A stretch of DNA of 63,489 bases, counting the filler, from Octopus bimaculoides (taxonomy: Eukaryota): assembly GCF_001194135.2 (NCBI RefSeq). It is 5 parts of 5 records of this genome, joined end to end, with 100 filler letters (N's around TTAATTAATTAA, not from the genome) between each part and the next. Parts side by side here need not be neighbours in the genome. Positions count along the whole stretch, not along the records: positions 21,096 to 46,648 come from NC_068999.1; positions 46,749 to 56,818 come from NC_068993.1; 3 more parts are not named here. One strand, given 5' to 3'. Below, piece after piece: positions 36,471-47,970 of the stretch; position 1 is the first letter of the stretch; each line of letters begins with the position of its first letter. Under the pieces are notes generated by a model. That model saw nothing but the letters and a program-made list of their open reading frames with translations, searched no databases and was not told where the DNA came from. A program made the translations under genes and the position numbers.

Positions 36471-36733
36471 NNNNNNNNNNNNNNNNNNNNNNNNNNNNNN
36501 NNNNNNNNNNNNNNNNNNNNNNNNNNNNNNNNNNNNNNNNNNNNNNNNNNNNNNNNNNNNNNNNNNNNNNNNNNNNNNNNNNNNNNNNNNNNNNNNNNNN
36601 NNNNNNNNNNNNNNNNNNNNNNNNNNNNNNNNNNNNNNNNNNNNNNNNNNNNNNNNTAGTAACAAAAAGGGAGGAGGCGAATTTCGATTATCTCCACATG
36701 GTGAATTGTAATGCAAAAAACATCTGCATAAAA

Positions 36734-37786
36734 TAAAAGAAGGAAAATGCACACAGTTTACATAGTTTTAATATACTTTATAAGTGAAAGAGCATTGTGT
36801 TTGTTGACTGGTTTCGCTTTCAGTAATCATGACATTGAAATTATTGTAATTTCGTATTTTCTTAAGAAGATTTTAGTCCATGTTGTGTGTGGAGAAGTTT
36901 GTGAATGAATGATTCAACAAGTAGAAAATCTAAGGGGAAGTAATTTGTGATCGCTATTATTGGGGACAGGGGAGGTAATTGCTTATCTTTCGGGGAGTGG
37001 ATAAATAAATATATATACAAAACCTCAAAAGCTAAAGTAATGAAATGAAATATGTATAGTGATGGGTATATTCAAAGAGAGAGGTTCATAATTAAAACCA
37101 ACTTCATTTGTGCTTCCGAGAATCTAATTTATGTTATAACTTGTTTAGGTTGTGTACATAACATATAGGACAGACAAGTATGACACTGAGATGGAGAACT
37201 ACACTACATAAAGAAGAGATCTGGTTCCCACAGTACAGACATATTCCTTTGAGTAAACACATAGAGAGATGTGTAGGTAATATTCAAACAAACTTCACAG
37301 TTTTCCGCATCTACCAATGCAAAGAAAAACAATTTTTGCACAAGAACGCTTAAATAAAGAAAATTTGTTCATCGAAAAATAGGGAACATGTCTAAATATG
37401 AACGCATAACCAACTTTGGTCTCAAAATATATTTCAATTCATGATCACATGCCCATTACTGTACATAGTTCATCTCATTACTAATTTAGCTTTTGAGTTT
37501 TTGTGTATATTATTTATTCTTCCCTGAAATGTGGGCAATTACCTCCCTTGCCCCCAATAATAATGATCATCAATTACCACCCCTTAGATTTTTTTACTTG
37601 TTGAATCATTCATTCACAAACTTCTCCACACACAACATGGACTAAAATCTTCTTAAGAAAATACGAAATTACAATAACTTCAATGTCATGATTAGCGAAA
37701 GCGAAACCGGTCGAAAAACACAACACTCTTTCACTTATCAAAAAATATTAAAACTATGTAAACTGTGTGCATTTTTCTTCTTTTAT
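36734..37786 (+). mobile_element. Penelope-like element: GIY-YIG endonuclease remnant between inverted pseudo-LTRs
   Basis: 37103-37401: FICASENLIYVITCLGC[fs]IGQTSMTLRWRTTLHKEEI..LSKHIERC..ERLNKENLFIEK*GTCLN. Arms 36734-36982 and 37535-37786 are about 250-bp inverted copies. Confidence 0.85.
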
Positions 37787-38967
37787 GATATATATATATA
37801 TANNNNNNNNNNNNNNNNNNNNNNNNNNNNNNNNNNNNNNNNNNNNNNNNNNNNNNNNNNNNNNNNNNNNNNNNNNNNNNNNNNNNNNNNNNNNNNNNNN
37901 NNNNNNNNNNNNNNNNNNNNNNNNNNNNNNNNNNNNNNNNNNNNNNNNNNNNNNNNNNNNNNNNNNNNNNNNNNNNNNNNNNNNNNNNNNNNNNNNNNNN
38001 NNNNNNNNNNNNNNNNNNNNNNNNNNNNNNNNNNNNNNNNNNNNNNNNNNNNNNNNNNNNNNNNNNNNNNNNNNNNNNNNNNNNNNNNNNNNNNNNNNNN
38101 NNNNNNNNNNNNNNNNNNNNNNNNNNNNNNNNNNNNNNNNNNNNNNNNNNNNNNNNNNNNNNNNNNNNNNNNNNNNNNNNNNNNNNNNNNNNNNNNNNNN
38201 NNNNNNNNNNNNNNNNNNNNNNNNNNNNNNNNNNNNNNNNNNNNNNNNNNNNNNNNNNNNNNNNNNNNNNNNNNNNNNNNNNNNNNNNNNNNNNNNNNNN
38301 NNNNNNNNNNNNNNNNNNNNNNNNNNNNNNNNNNNNNNNNNNNNNNNNNNNNNNNNNNNNNNNNNNNNNNNNNNNNNNNNNNNNNNNNNNNNNNNNNNNN
38401 NNNNNNNNNNNNNNNNNNNNNNNNNNNNGTGTGTGTGCAACGCATGGAATCCTGTATATAGGCAACCACATACATACAAATTTAGACACATACGCACAGA
38501 GAGAGAGAGAGAGAGAGAGAGATAACAGACAGTAAAATGAAAGTAGATGAAAAATGATAGATAGGAAGAATGAGGATACCGGCAACTATATATCACCAAC
38601 TTTATAAGCTTTATAAGCTCAACTGAAATAGTTGCAGACGACAAGGTGGCCAACCGTTAAATGTTAAAAGTCATTTGGACAAAGCGGTGCGTAAAGCAAC
38701 AATCTATACACAACTTACACAAATAAATATGACTGACGAATGTTTATTATAAACAGAAGCAATTGTTCACTACTTTTCTGTGAACTTTAATTCTCTTCTA
38801 GTGCTCATTTGTACCATTTTCGCACTTATTTCTTCTCCTCCCTGCTGAGAACGACCATGAAAAGACAATCAAATTAATTGTTGGTCGTCATTACGACATT
38901 CATAATTTCTCTTTTGCTCATGTTTCTGTCTTTCTTCCCTAGATATTTCCTTCTTTCTTTCACTCAT

Positions 38968-39009
<42 letters not shown>

Positions 39010-39323
39010 AAGATAGAGAGATTGATAGCGAGAGAGAAAGAGAGATAGAGAGAGAGGGCGTATGTTCGTACTTGTCTGTGTTTGTACGTGTGCGTGTGTG
39101 CGTGTGTGCGTGTGTGTGTGTGTGTGTGTGTAAACGGGATCGTGTAATCCTTACTATAGTTTCACGCAAGCAACAAAATGAATATACGCACTCTCCAGTC
39201 CCCTTTCAATTAGAATAGTTAGAACTGTTTCTCTCCTCCCCTCTCTACTTCTCACTCACATGCATACACTCTCTTCCTCTCCCTCTCTCTGTCACTGTCA
39301 GTCCTCCTACGTCTATTTGTATT

Positions 39324-39377
<54 letters not shown>

Positions 39378-39499
39378 TGTGTGTGTGTTTATCTCTTTCT
39401 TAGTATATCTATTTGTATAAATATATATGCGTGTTCTGTCCGTATATGCGTGTGTATACTACATGCATGTATACATATATGTTTGACTGTGTATGATTT

Positions 39500-40600
39500 T
39501 TATTTAAGTTCTTGAGAGAGTTCAAGTCGGTCGCTAACAAATCAACAAGACTTATTGAGTTAGAAGAGTTCCTGGTTTTTGTAAATATGCAGTCGAGTTG
39601 GTGTGTTGGGTGAAATGTCGATGCATACACCAAAGTGAGTACATCTATTCACATAAGAATCTCAGATGGAGATTTTCGAAATGTCTTACAAATCTTCACT
39701 GTACCAACAATAAATTGGATTTGGAGAATCCGCGTCAGTTTCTTTTGCACTTACTCCGTGAAACCGAGTATTTCTAGGTTTTTATGTAAATTTGTTGTTA
39801 CATAGCCTAATGCATCTATGATGATAGGTACAAATGCGAATTCATAGTCAGGGTACAAGAGCTCTATGTCCCACAGTTATATTTGCAGGCAGCTGATCTC
39901 TACAACAGTGCATGACTTTTGTTCCTTGTCCCGAGGTCTGTTATGTTTGCACCGAATTGATGTTTTTTATTGGCGTGTTCCACCAGTATTCCTTGTTTTT
40001 AAAGGTGTGAATACCTGCTGGTTCTGAAATGCGTTTGATGTATACGTCAGGTCAGTCCTTCCTGCGATTATCATTGTAAATAGCCTTTGCAACTGTATCA
40101 TGCCTCAGAGGCAGGTAGTACCATATAAACATTTTGGGGCTGCTGATGACATGGTATATCTTCCACACTGGTATAGCAGAACCGACGTTTTTATCATAAT
40201 ATAGAGATTTCTTAGTAACTTTGTCCCTCTTGTTTATCAGGTGTCTAGTAGCTGTCTCCTGTTACTGGATAGCAAAGGCATTTCTTTGTAGAGGGATATA
40301 ATGTATTTATCGCAGGTCCAGGATAGGTTACTCTTCCTGTCAATGTTGTTGTTGCCCTCAAGCTTGCGAGATATGTACCCATACCTTACTTTCTGTTGGT
40401 ATGATGGCAGCTTCTCTTCCAAGCTTCTGTTTAGGCAGGTCAGCCCAGCCTCCTTTGGGTTGCATGAGACAGTTGTATTCTCAGAGTACCTGCACAGTAC
40501 TTCTTCTCCAACTCTGAAGATGTTGTTGCTCTCACTTTTGAGTACGCATGGAATGCACTCATTTCCTTTCTTTACTGTTCAGCTGGTATTGTCTAAATGA
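39500..40600 (-). mobile_element. Degenerate R4-like RLE retrotransposon 3' portion (related to 27862-28690)
   Basis: GYISRKLEGNNNIDRKSNLSWT..YYLPLRHDTVAKAIYND..YWWNTPI..CKHNRP..CTVVEISC..LYPDYEFAFVPIIIDALGYV..LQIQFIVGTVKICKTFRK; 3' UTR ends caagaacttaaataaaaatcatacac. Confidence 0.85.
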
Positions 40601-41417
40601 TACAATGCGACATTGAAAGGTTGTTTGGACTGAACTTAAGCCTCTACCGCCACCACTTCGTCTCACACAACTTCTATCAGTGTATGTATGTGTGTATGTA
40701 TGTTTGTATGTATGCATGTATTTCTCTAGATACATGCACGAAAGATGTGCGGTTAATTTTACGATTTCGGGAGGCCGAGTCTTGATGGGCAGATAAGAAA
40801 GAATCTGTCCGGACAGTAGTAATACATCGTATTTCATATTGACACAATAGCCAGAATCTAAACGCTTGAAACTGTTAAAACGGCAAGAAGAAAAAACATG
40901 AAAGAAAGCCAGAGACAACAACAATGGCTGCACTAACAAGCACACTTAAACACACACATATATATATTTGCATAGAGCTATCTATAGAGACTTTGGAAGG
41001 TCGTTGACTTTTTTGAGTTTATCTGTTTTGAGATGTTTTGTTTTTCATCCAGCGGGGTGTTCATCATCGACAGCTAACTTCATCACCAAGCTATACTAGG
41101 GGAGTTAGCGGGCTAGTCACTGATCGACCAACTGTTCCCACGTTGTACTACTAGCTTACACTGTTCCCAATAAATATCAGTTTATCAAATCTCTGGCCCA
41201 ACATCTCTTTCTGTCTCTTTCTGTCTCTTCCTGTTTTTGTGTGTGTGTAAGTGTGTATGTGTGTGTGTTTGTGTGTGTGTGTGCGCGCGCGTGTATGTGT
41301 GTATACAAAGAATAAGTCCTGGGGTTAATTTCTTCGACTAAAGGCGGTGCTCAACCATGGCCATAGTTATATGACTGAAACGTGTAAAAGAGTCACACAC
41401 ACACACACATATATATA

Positions 41418-41578
41418 GGCGCAGAAGTGGCTGTGTGGTAAGTAGCTTGCGTACCAACAACATGGTCCTGGGTTCAGTCCCACTGCGTGACACCTTGGGC
41501 AAGTGTCTTCTCGGGCATACCAAAGCCTTTTGAATGGATTTGGTAGACCGAAACTGGTAGAAGCCCGTCGTATATATG

Positions 41579-41615
<37 letters not shown>

Positions 41616-41800
41616 ATGTGTTTGTGTGTTTGTGTTTGTCCCTCACCACCGCTTGATAACCAGTGTTGGGGTGCTCACGTCCCCGTAAATTAGCGGTTCG
41701 GCTAAAGTGACCGAATGATTAAGTACCAGGCTTAAAAAATAAATAAATAAGTATTGGGTTCGATTCGTTCGACTAGAAATTCTTCAAGGCGATGCCCCAG
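41418..41800 (+). mobile_element. CORE-type SINE family B, near full length (another tail lies at about 41310-41395)
   Basis: ggcgcagaagtggctgtgtggtaag..gggttcagtcccactgcgtgacaccttgggcaagtgtc; internal (TA)n(TG)n. Confidence 0.85.
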
Positions 41801-41899
41801 TTTATATATATTTATGAACTACTACAAACAAACGAATGCTACCAACAACATCTTGCCACACATATTAACAAAATGTACATCTTATAACAGTGACATCTA

Positions 41900-42030
41900 T
41901 TATGTAACCTGAGGAGGTTTCTTCTGCACAATGGGGCGCATTCGATTCCATTATATCGTTTCCAACACACTGGTGCAGAAGCAAGCCGAAACGATCTTTC
42001 TGCTTAATAAAGCTTTTAGTACACCCTTAT
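41900..42030 (+). ncRNA. Degenerate hammerhead-ribozyme-like motif, probably from a Penelope pLTR
   Basis: CTGAGGA (41909-41915), 14-bp stem II GGTTTCTTCTGCAC / GTGCAGAAGCAAGCC, GAAA (41988-41991), CGATC, AATAAA (42006-42011). Stems I and III do not close properly. Confidence 0.45.
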
Positions 42031-42056
42031 CCTCCATATCAATAATTTAAAACCTA

Positions 42057-42119
<63 letters not shown>

Positions 42120-42813
42120 NNNNNNNNNNNNNNNNNNNNNNNNNNNNNNNNNNNNNNNNNNNNNNNNNNNNNNNNNNNNNNNNNNNNNNNNNNNNNNNNN
42201 NNNNNNNNNNNNNNNNNNNNNNNNNNNNNNNNNNNNNNNNNNNNNNNNNNNNNNNNNNNNNNNNNNNNNNNNNNNNNNNNNNNNNNNNNNNNNNNNNNNN
42301 NNNNNNNNNNNNNNNNNNNNNNNNNNNNNNNNNNNNNNNNNNNNNNNNNNNNNNNNNNNNNNNNNNNNNNNNGCACACACACACACATGCACATACACAC
42401 ACACATGCACACACACACACACACATACACACACACGCACGCACACACACACATACATATGGAAACAAATAAACACATTTCTACATTCATACTAACACAG
42501 AGACAGACACAATTAAATAGTATGAAAGATAAGTGCGTAGTGGATGAACGGTAATGAAGAATGGTGATGGGGGAAGTGAAAATAGATCATCTTTAACAAA
42601 GGTAATTTGTGTAAATATGTCACTTGCTTGACAGACAAGGCAACTAGGTACACCGGCCGAACAGTGACTGAAATGATCCGGTTTCGAATTGCTTTTGGCC
42701 CTTCCCTGTTTCCTGCTTTCTCGTAGCTCTTGAATCAAATTTCATTATCTGATGTCTATATAATGGTCAAACTAACGTACGTGTATATGTATGCGTAAGT
42801 ATACATACATACA

Positions 42814-42869
<56 letters not shown>

Positions 42870-43414
42870 ATGCGTGCGTGCGTCTGTGTGTGTGCGTGCA
42901 TGTGTGTGTGTGTGTGTACGTGTAGCAGTCAGTATGACTACACATTTGTTCAATAGCTACTAATGTGTATGTGTGTAAGGGTCACACAAATGTATGTCTA
43001 TGTGTGTCTGATGCTCGTATTAATGTATGCTTAAACAATGCTTAAGTATATGTGTGTTTATATAGTGTAGATATATGTGTGTACATATATATGCGATCAT
43101 TATAATTAGACAAAGCTTAGTGTTTATGGTCAACATATATGACAACCTTGAGTTTTAATGGATGTGTATAGGCGAGTATTTTATTTAATGTAATGCAGGA
43201 TAGTGTTCTGATGGGTTAATTTAATAGTTTCGTGTGTATAGGTGTATGCTGCTGTGTATATATATATATGAGTATATGTGAATAACAGCCAATAATGATA
43301 TGTGCGGGGGTATGTGTGCATTTGTACGTGCGTGGATGTGAGCATGTAATTATGTGATGAGCGTATCAGAGGGCGTTTCAGCTGGTATATGTATCCGAGA
43401 GGTTCCTGTAAATA

Positions 43415-43590
43415 ACTCACTCACTCACTCACTCACTCACTCACTCACTCACTCTCTCGCTCACTCACTCGCTCATTCACTCACTCACTCACTCACTCAC
43501 TCGCTCATTCACTCACTCACTCACTCGCTCATTCACTCACTCACTCACTCACTCACTCACTCACTCAGTCACTCGTTCACTCACTCACTA
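43415..43590. repeat. (CACT)n tetranucleotide microsatellite
   Basis: Directly visible; gives the SLTH-repeat ORF. Confidence 0.97.
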
Positions 43591-44461
43591 AATAGATAAA
43601 TAAATGCAGAAAGAAACTGGAAACTGAGAGAGAGAGAGAGAAAGGGGAAAGAGCGAGAGCTAGAGAGAGAGGGAAAGAGAGAGGGGTCGGGAAAGTTCCC
43701 AGATTCTTCATGAATTGGATTCCCCATCGGGGAACTGAAACTAGTCTTGTTTCGCCGAACAGAATTTCTGTGAGGAGTTCTATGTGTGTCGAACTATGGC
43801 TCGCATTAGCAGCCAAAGGATCATAATTCCAACCGTGTGGATTTCAGTCATGAGAACTTTGTTGGTTCTCATGAGCTTCTGTGCGCTGAGAAACCCGTTC
43901 CTTCAATTTCATTGTTTTCATACACATACATGCGTCAGTACATACAAGTATGCATAGATTTAGTCGAATGAATCGATCCCAGGTACTTTCCCGAAACTAG
44001 TCTGTATATGCCAGACCAGCAAGGGGAAGCAGCTGACCTCCCCTGTTCGAAGGTTGTAATGGACACAGGTTCGTGTGTCACATAGCTAGCTAGAGGCGAC
44101 GGCCTCTTGGAGCTAATCAACGGCAGCATTCGTCCTATTTTTGGGGACTGCCATGTTGGCTTGACGATAACTATTAATATATATATATATATATANNNNN
44201 NNNNNNNNNNNNNNNNNNNNNNNNNNNNNNNNNNNNNNNNNNNNNNNNNNNNNNNNNNNNNNNNNNNNNNNNNNNNNNNNNNNNNNNNNNNNNNNNNNNN
44301 NNNNNNNNNNNNNNNNNNNNNNNNNNNNNNNNNNNNNNNNNNNNNNNNNNNNNNNNNNNNNNNNNNNNNNNNNNNNNNNNNNNNNNNNNNNNNNNNNNNN
44401 NNNNNNNNNNNNNNNNNNNNNNNNNNNNNNNNNNNNNNNNNNNATTTCATGTGCTTACTCC

Positions 44462-44489
<28 letters not shown>

Positions 44490-44503
<14 letters not shown>

Positions 44504-44625
44504 ATAGGATTCTTTCAGTTTCCTTCGACCAAATCCACTCAGAAGGCTTTGGTCGGCCCGCGCAGTGGGAGGAAACCCGAAACCATGTGATTAGGAAGCA
44601 AACGTCTTACCATACAGCCACAGCA
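44490..44625 (-). mobile_element. SINE family B, partial head
   Basis: Reverse complement: gtggctgtatggtaagacgtttgcttcctaatcacatggtttcgggtt..gaccaaagccttctgagtggatttggtc. Confidence 0.7.
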
Positions 44626-45009
44626 ATATATTAGATTAAAAACAATAAAAAATTGACCCAAAATTACCTGGCTTCACGAATTTCTGCAATTAACAGACAG
44701 ACCTTCTTCCTGTATTAGTGCGACAAAGCGAACGTTCGCAGTGTACATATGGAATAAATTATGCATTTAAATAACTGCATGTATATATTAATTATTTTAG
44801 AATGTGCATGTAGATTTATATTGACCCGGTTTGAATGTCCGTGCGTGCGCATGAACGTGCGTGAGTGTGTATGTATGTGAATACGTACATCTAGGTTTAT
44901 GTGTATAAATACCTTTATACATACAAAGATACATACATGCATGTGGATACATACATAAAGCATACACACATACATACATACGTGCGTACGTACGTACGTA
45001 CGTACATAC

Positions 45010-45135
45010 ATACCCTGTTGTTGATGTTGAAATTCCAATGATGGAACTTTGGATCTAGGATAGAAACCAGTTTGTTTTTCTCTATTGGCAAGAAATCTTG
45101 AAATAAACTAAGTAATGACATGCATGCATACATAC
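45010..45135 (+). mobile_element. Isolated 3' UTR end of the (CATA)n-associated R4-like family
   Basis: ggatctaggatagaaaccagtttgtttttctctattggcaagaaatcttgaaataaa..gacatgcatgcatacatac matches 27862-27945; flanked by TACG/CATA repeats. Confidence 0.7.
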
Positions 45136-45390
45136 ATTTCATTCATACACACACACATACATAAAATACATATACATACATAAATATACATGTGTGTTTG
45201 CAGGTATATATTGCATCTATGCACATTCATCTATACGTATATTTATATATATACATACATATGTGTAATCTTTATATATATGGATATGTGTATGTATACA
45301 AAAAAGCAAATACATTTTTTCATACTCTACGTACATAAAGGTGTGCTTGTATGTATATCTATCTATCTATCTATCTAAACGTATATATAA

Positions 45391-45443
<53 letters not shown>

Positions 45444-47247
45444 NNNNNNNNNNNNNNNNNNNNNNNNNNNNNNNNNNNNNNNNNNNNNNNNNNNNNNNNN
45501 NNNNNNNNNNNNNNNNNNNNNNNNNNNNNNNNNNNNNNNNNNNNNNNNNNNNNNNNNNNNNNNNNNNNNNNNNNNNNNNNNNNNNNNNNNNNNNNNNNNN
45601 NNNNNNNNNNNNNNNNNNNNNNNNNNNNNNNNNNNNNNNNNNNNNNNNNNNNNNNNNNNNNNNNNNNNNNNNNNNNNNNNNNNNNNNNNNNNNNNNNNNN
45701 NNNNNNNNNNNNNNNNNNNNNNNNNNNNNNNNNNNNNNNNNNNNNNNNNNNNNNNNNNNNNNNNNNNNNNNNNNNNNNNNNNNNNNNNNNNNNNNNNNNN
45801 NNNNNNNNNNNNNNNNNNNNNNNNNNNNNNNNNNNNNNNNNNNNNNNNNNNNNNNNNNNNNNNNNNNNNNNNNNNNNNNNNNNNNNNNNNNNNNNNNNNN
45901 NNNNNNNNNNNNNNNNNNNNNNNNNNNNNNNNNNNNNNNNNNNNNNNNNNNNNNNNNNNNNNNNNNNNNNNNNNNNNNNNNNNNNNNNNNNNNNNNNNNN
46001 NNNNNNNNNNNNNNNNNNNNNNNNNNNNNNNNNATATACAAATGGAAGCATCTTTTGGCAAATCTCTTTGAACAGTGAGTGACTGGGCAAAATAATGCAT
46101 TTAGTGAAGGAACCCACCCGCTGGTAACCCCTCTCTCCCTCCTTCTCTCTCCCTCCTTCTCTCTCCCACTTTTTCTCTCTCCCTCTCTCTCTCTCTGTCT
46201 CTCTCTCTCTCTCCCTTCCTCTCACAAGTACACATATCTACTCTAAAGATCTATTACTCTTCTCTCCTATCTTCTTTTCCTTCTGTGCCTTGCAGGGTTC
46301 ACTGCAGGAATCCTTGTGTAGTGGCGTTTCTTGTCGACCCTGTCGTCCAGTGAGTGTGTTCATGTCGAAATACAATGGTGGTTTGTGTCAAGCCTGCTTG
46401 TCTGCAGGCAATGAATGTCCCGGAGTAACATACCAACATTGGCGAAAGATATTCTAATGTATTCCCTCAACTACGGAAATAAATACATCTTCCTTCTTCT
46501 GACTTATTGTTGTCTACATAAATAGTTGATAGTTTGTTAGCGGAGGATAGTCTTCGTACATACATACATACGTACATACATGCATACATAAGTACATACT
46601 TATGTATGTTTGTATGTATGTATGTATGTACATGTGCATATATATATANNNNNNNNNNNNNNNNNNNNNNNNNNNNNNNNNNNNNNNNNNNNTTAATTAA
46701 TTAANNNNNNNNNNNNNNNNNNNNNNNNNNNNNNNNNNNNNNNNNNNNTATATATATATATATTTATATATATCTTTATACAGACATACCAAATTACTAC
46801 GAAGCAGAAATGCTGTTGGTAGAAGGTAAAAAAGAAATGAAATATTCCGAAAGAAAAATAAGTAGATTTACAAGCAAATATATAGCTGTACAAAGAAGAA
46901 GTGCAAAATGGAGGAAGCCAAATGGCCGTGAAGAGAAACAAAAACTATTTAACGAGTGAATTTAAAAATCTGTGTAAATGCATGTTAAAAGAATAGTTTT
47001 AAAGAAATATAAACACAAACTAAAGCACATTTAAACAAGTAAGAAAGAAAAAAGCATAGAAATTACATTACTGTAACATCGAATGAAAACCAAAAGTAAA
47101 GAAATAACTAAAAATAACTATAAATAAATAAATAAGTAATAAATCTAAGCAAAGCCGAGATTTAAAAAATAATATAAATCTCCCTGATGATATAGAAATA
47201 CAAGAAACAAATTAACAAGCTTTAGACTGCTGAATTTAGTTTATGCA

Positions 47248-47310
<63 letters not shown>

Positions 47311-47671
47311 CATCAACATCAGTGTCATCATCATCATCATCATTATTACTATTATTTTGTCTACGTTTTTCGATTTTTCATTGGCTTTTCTTCTGCATTT
47401 GTGTTTACATATGTGTTACTTGGTTATCAGATGTTTATAAAAAAAAAAAAGAAAGAAAAATGGGTCGCTACACTAAGAAGACTCTGGTCTGTTTTCTTAT
47501 GAAATAACATTCAGACAGACAGTTGCATATACATATATGGAGGCACTAATGTACGGATATGAACTTTTCATTCCTACGCAAGTTTCTTGTTCAATTCTCA
47601 CTTTGCGACATCTTTGTCAGTTGTCTACAATTCTGATCTGGATCTATACAACATATGATTTACACCCCCCC

Positions 47672-47970
47672 ACACACACGGCTTAGTGGTTAGGGTATTG
47701 CACTCACGAATGCGAGACCGTAGGTTCTATTCCAAGACTGGGCGTTGCTTTGTGTTCTTTACCAAAGCACTTCATTTCAAATTGCTCTGCGATCATTTCG
47801 ACATCTGACATGTGACAACCAGTTGCATCTGTACAGGTAATGTCAATGTGATGGAGGCAGGGAGCTTATGACTACTCTAACATTTGATTAATATAAACAA
47901 ATCACCGGTGTTCTTATTCACTAAGACACTGTGTAACCCTCATACGTCGTCTAACGACGGCAGAGTCCAT
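47672..47970 (+). mobile_element. tRNA-derived SINE, family D
   Basis: tRNA-like head cacggcttagtggttagggtattgcactcacg..ggttctattcc; the head/neck (agactgggcg) and tail (cgtcgtctaacgacgg) resemble family C, but the body differs. Confidence 0.65.
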
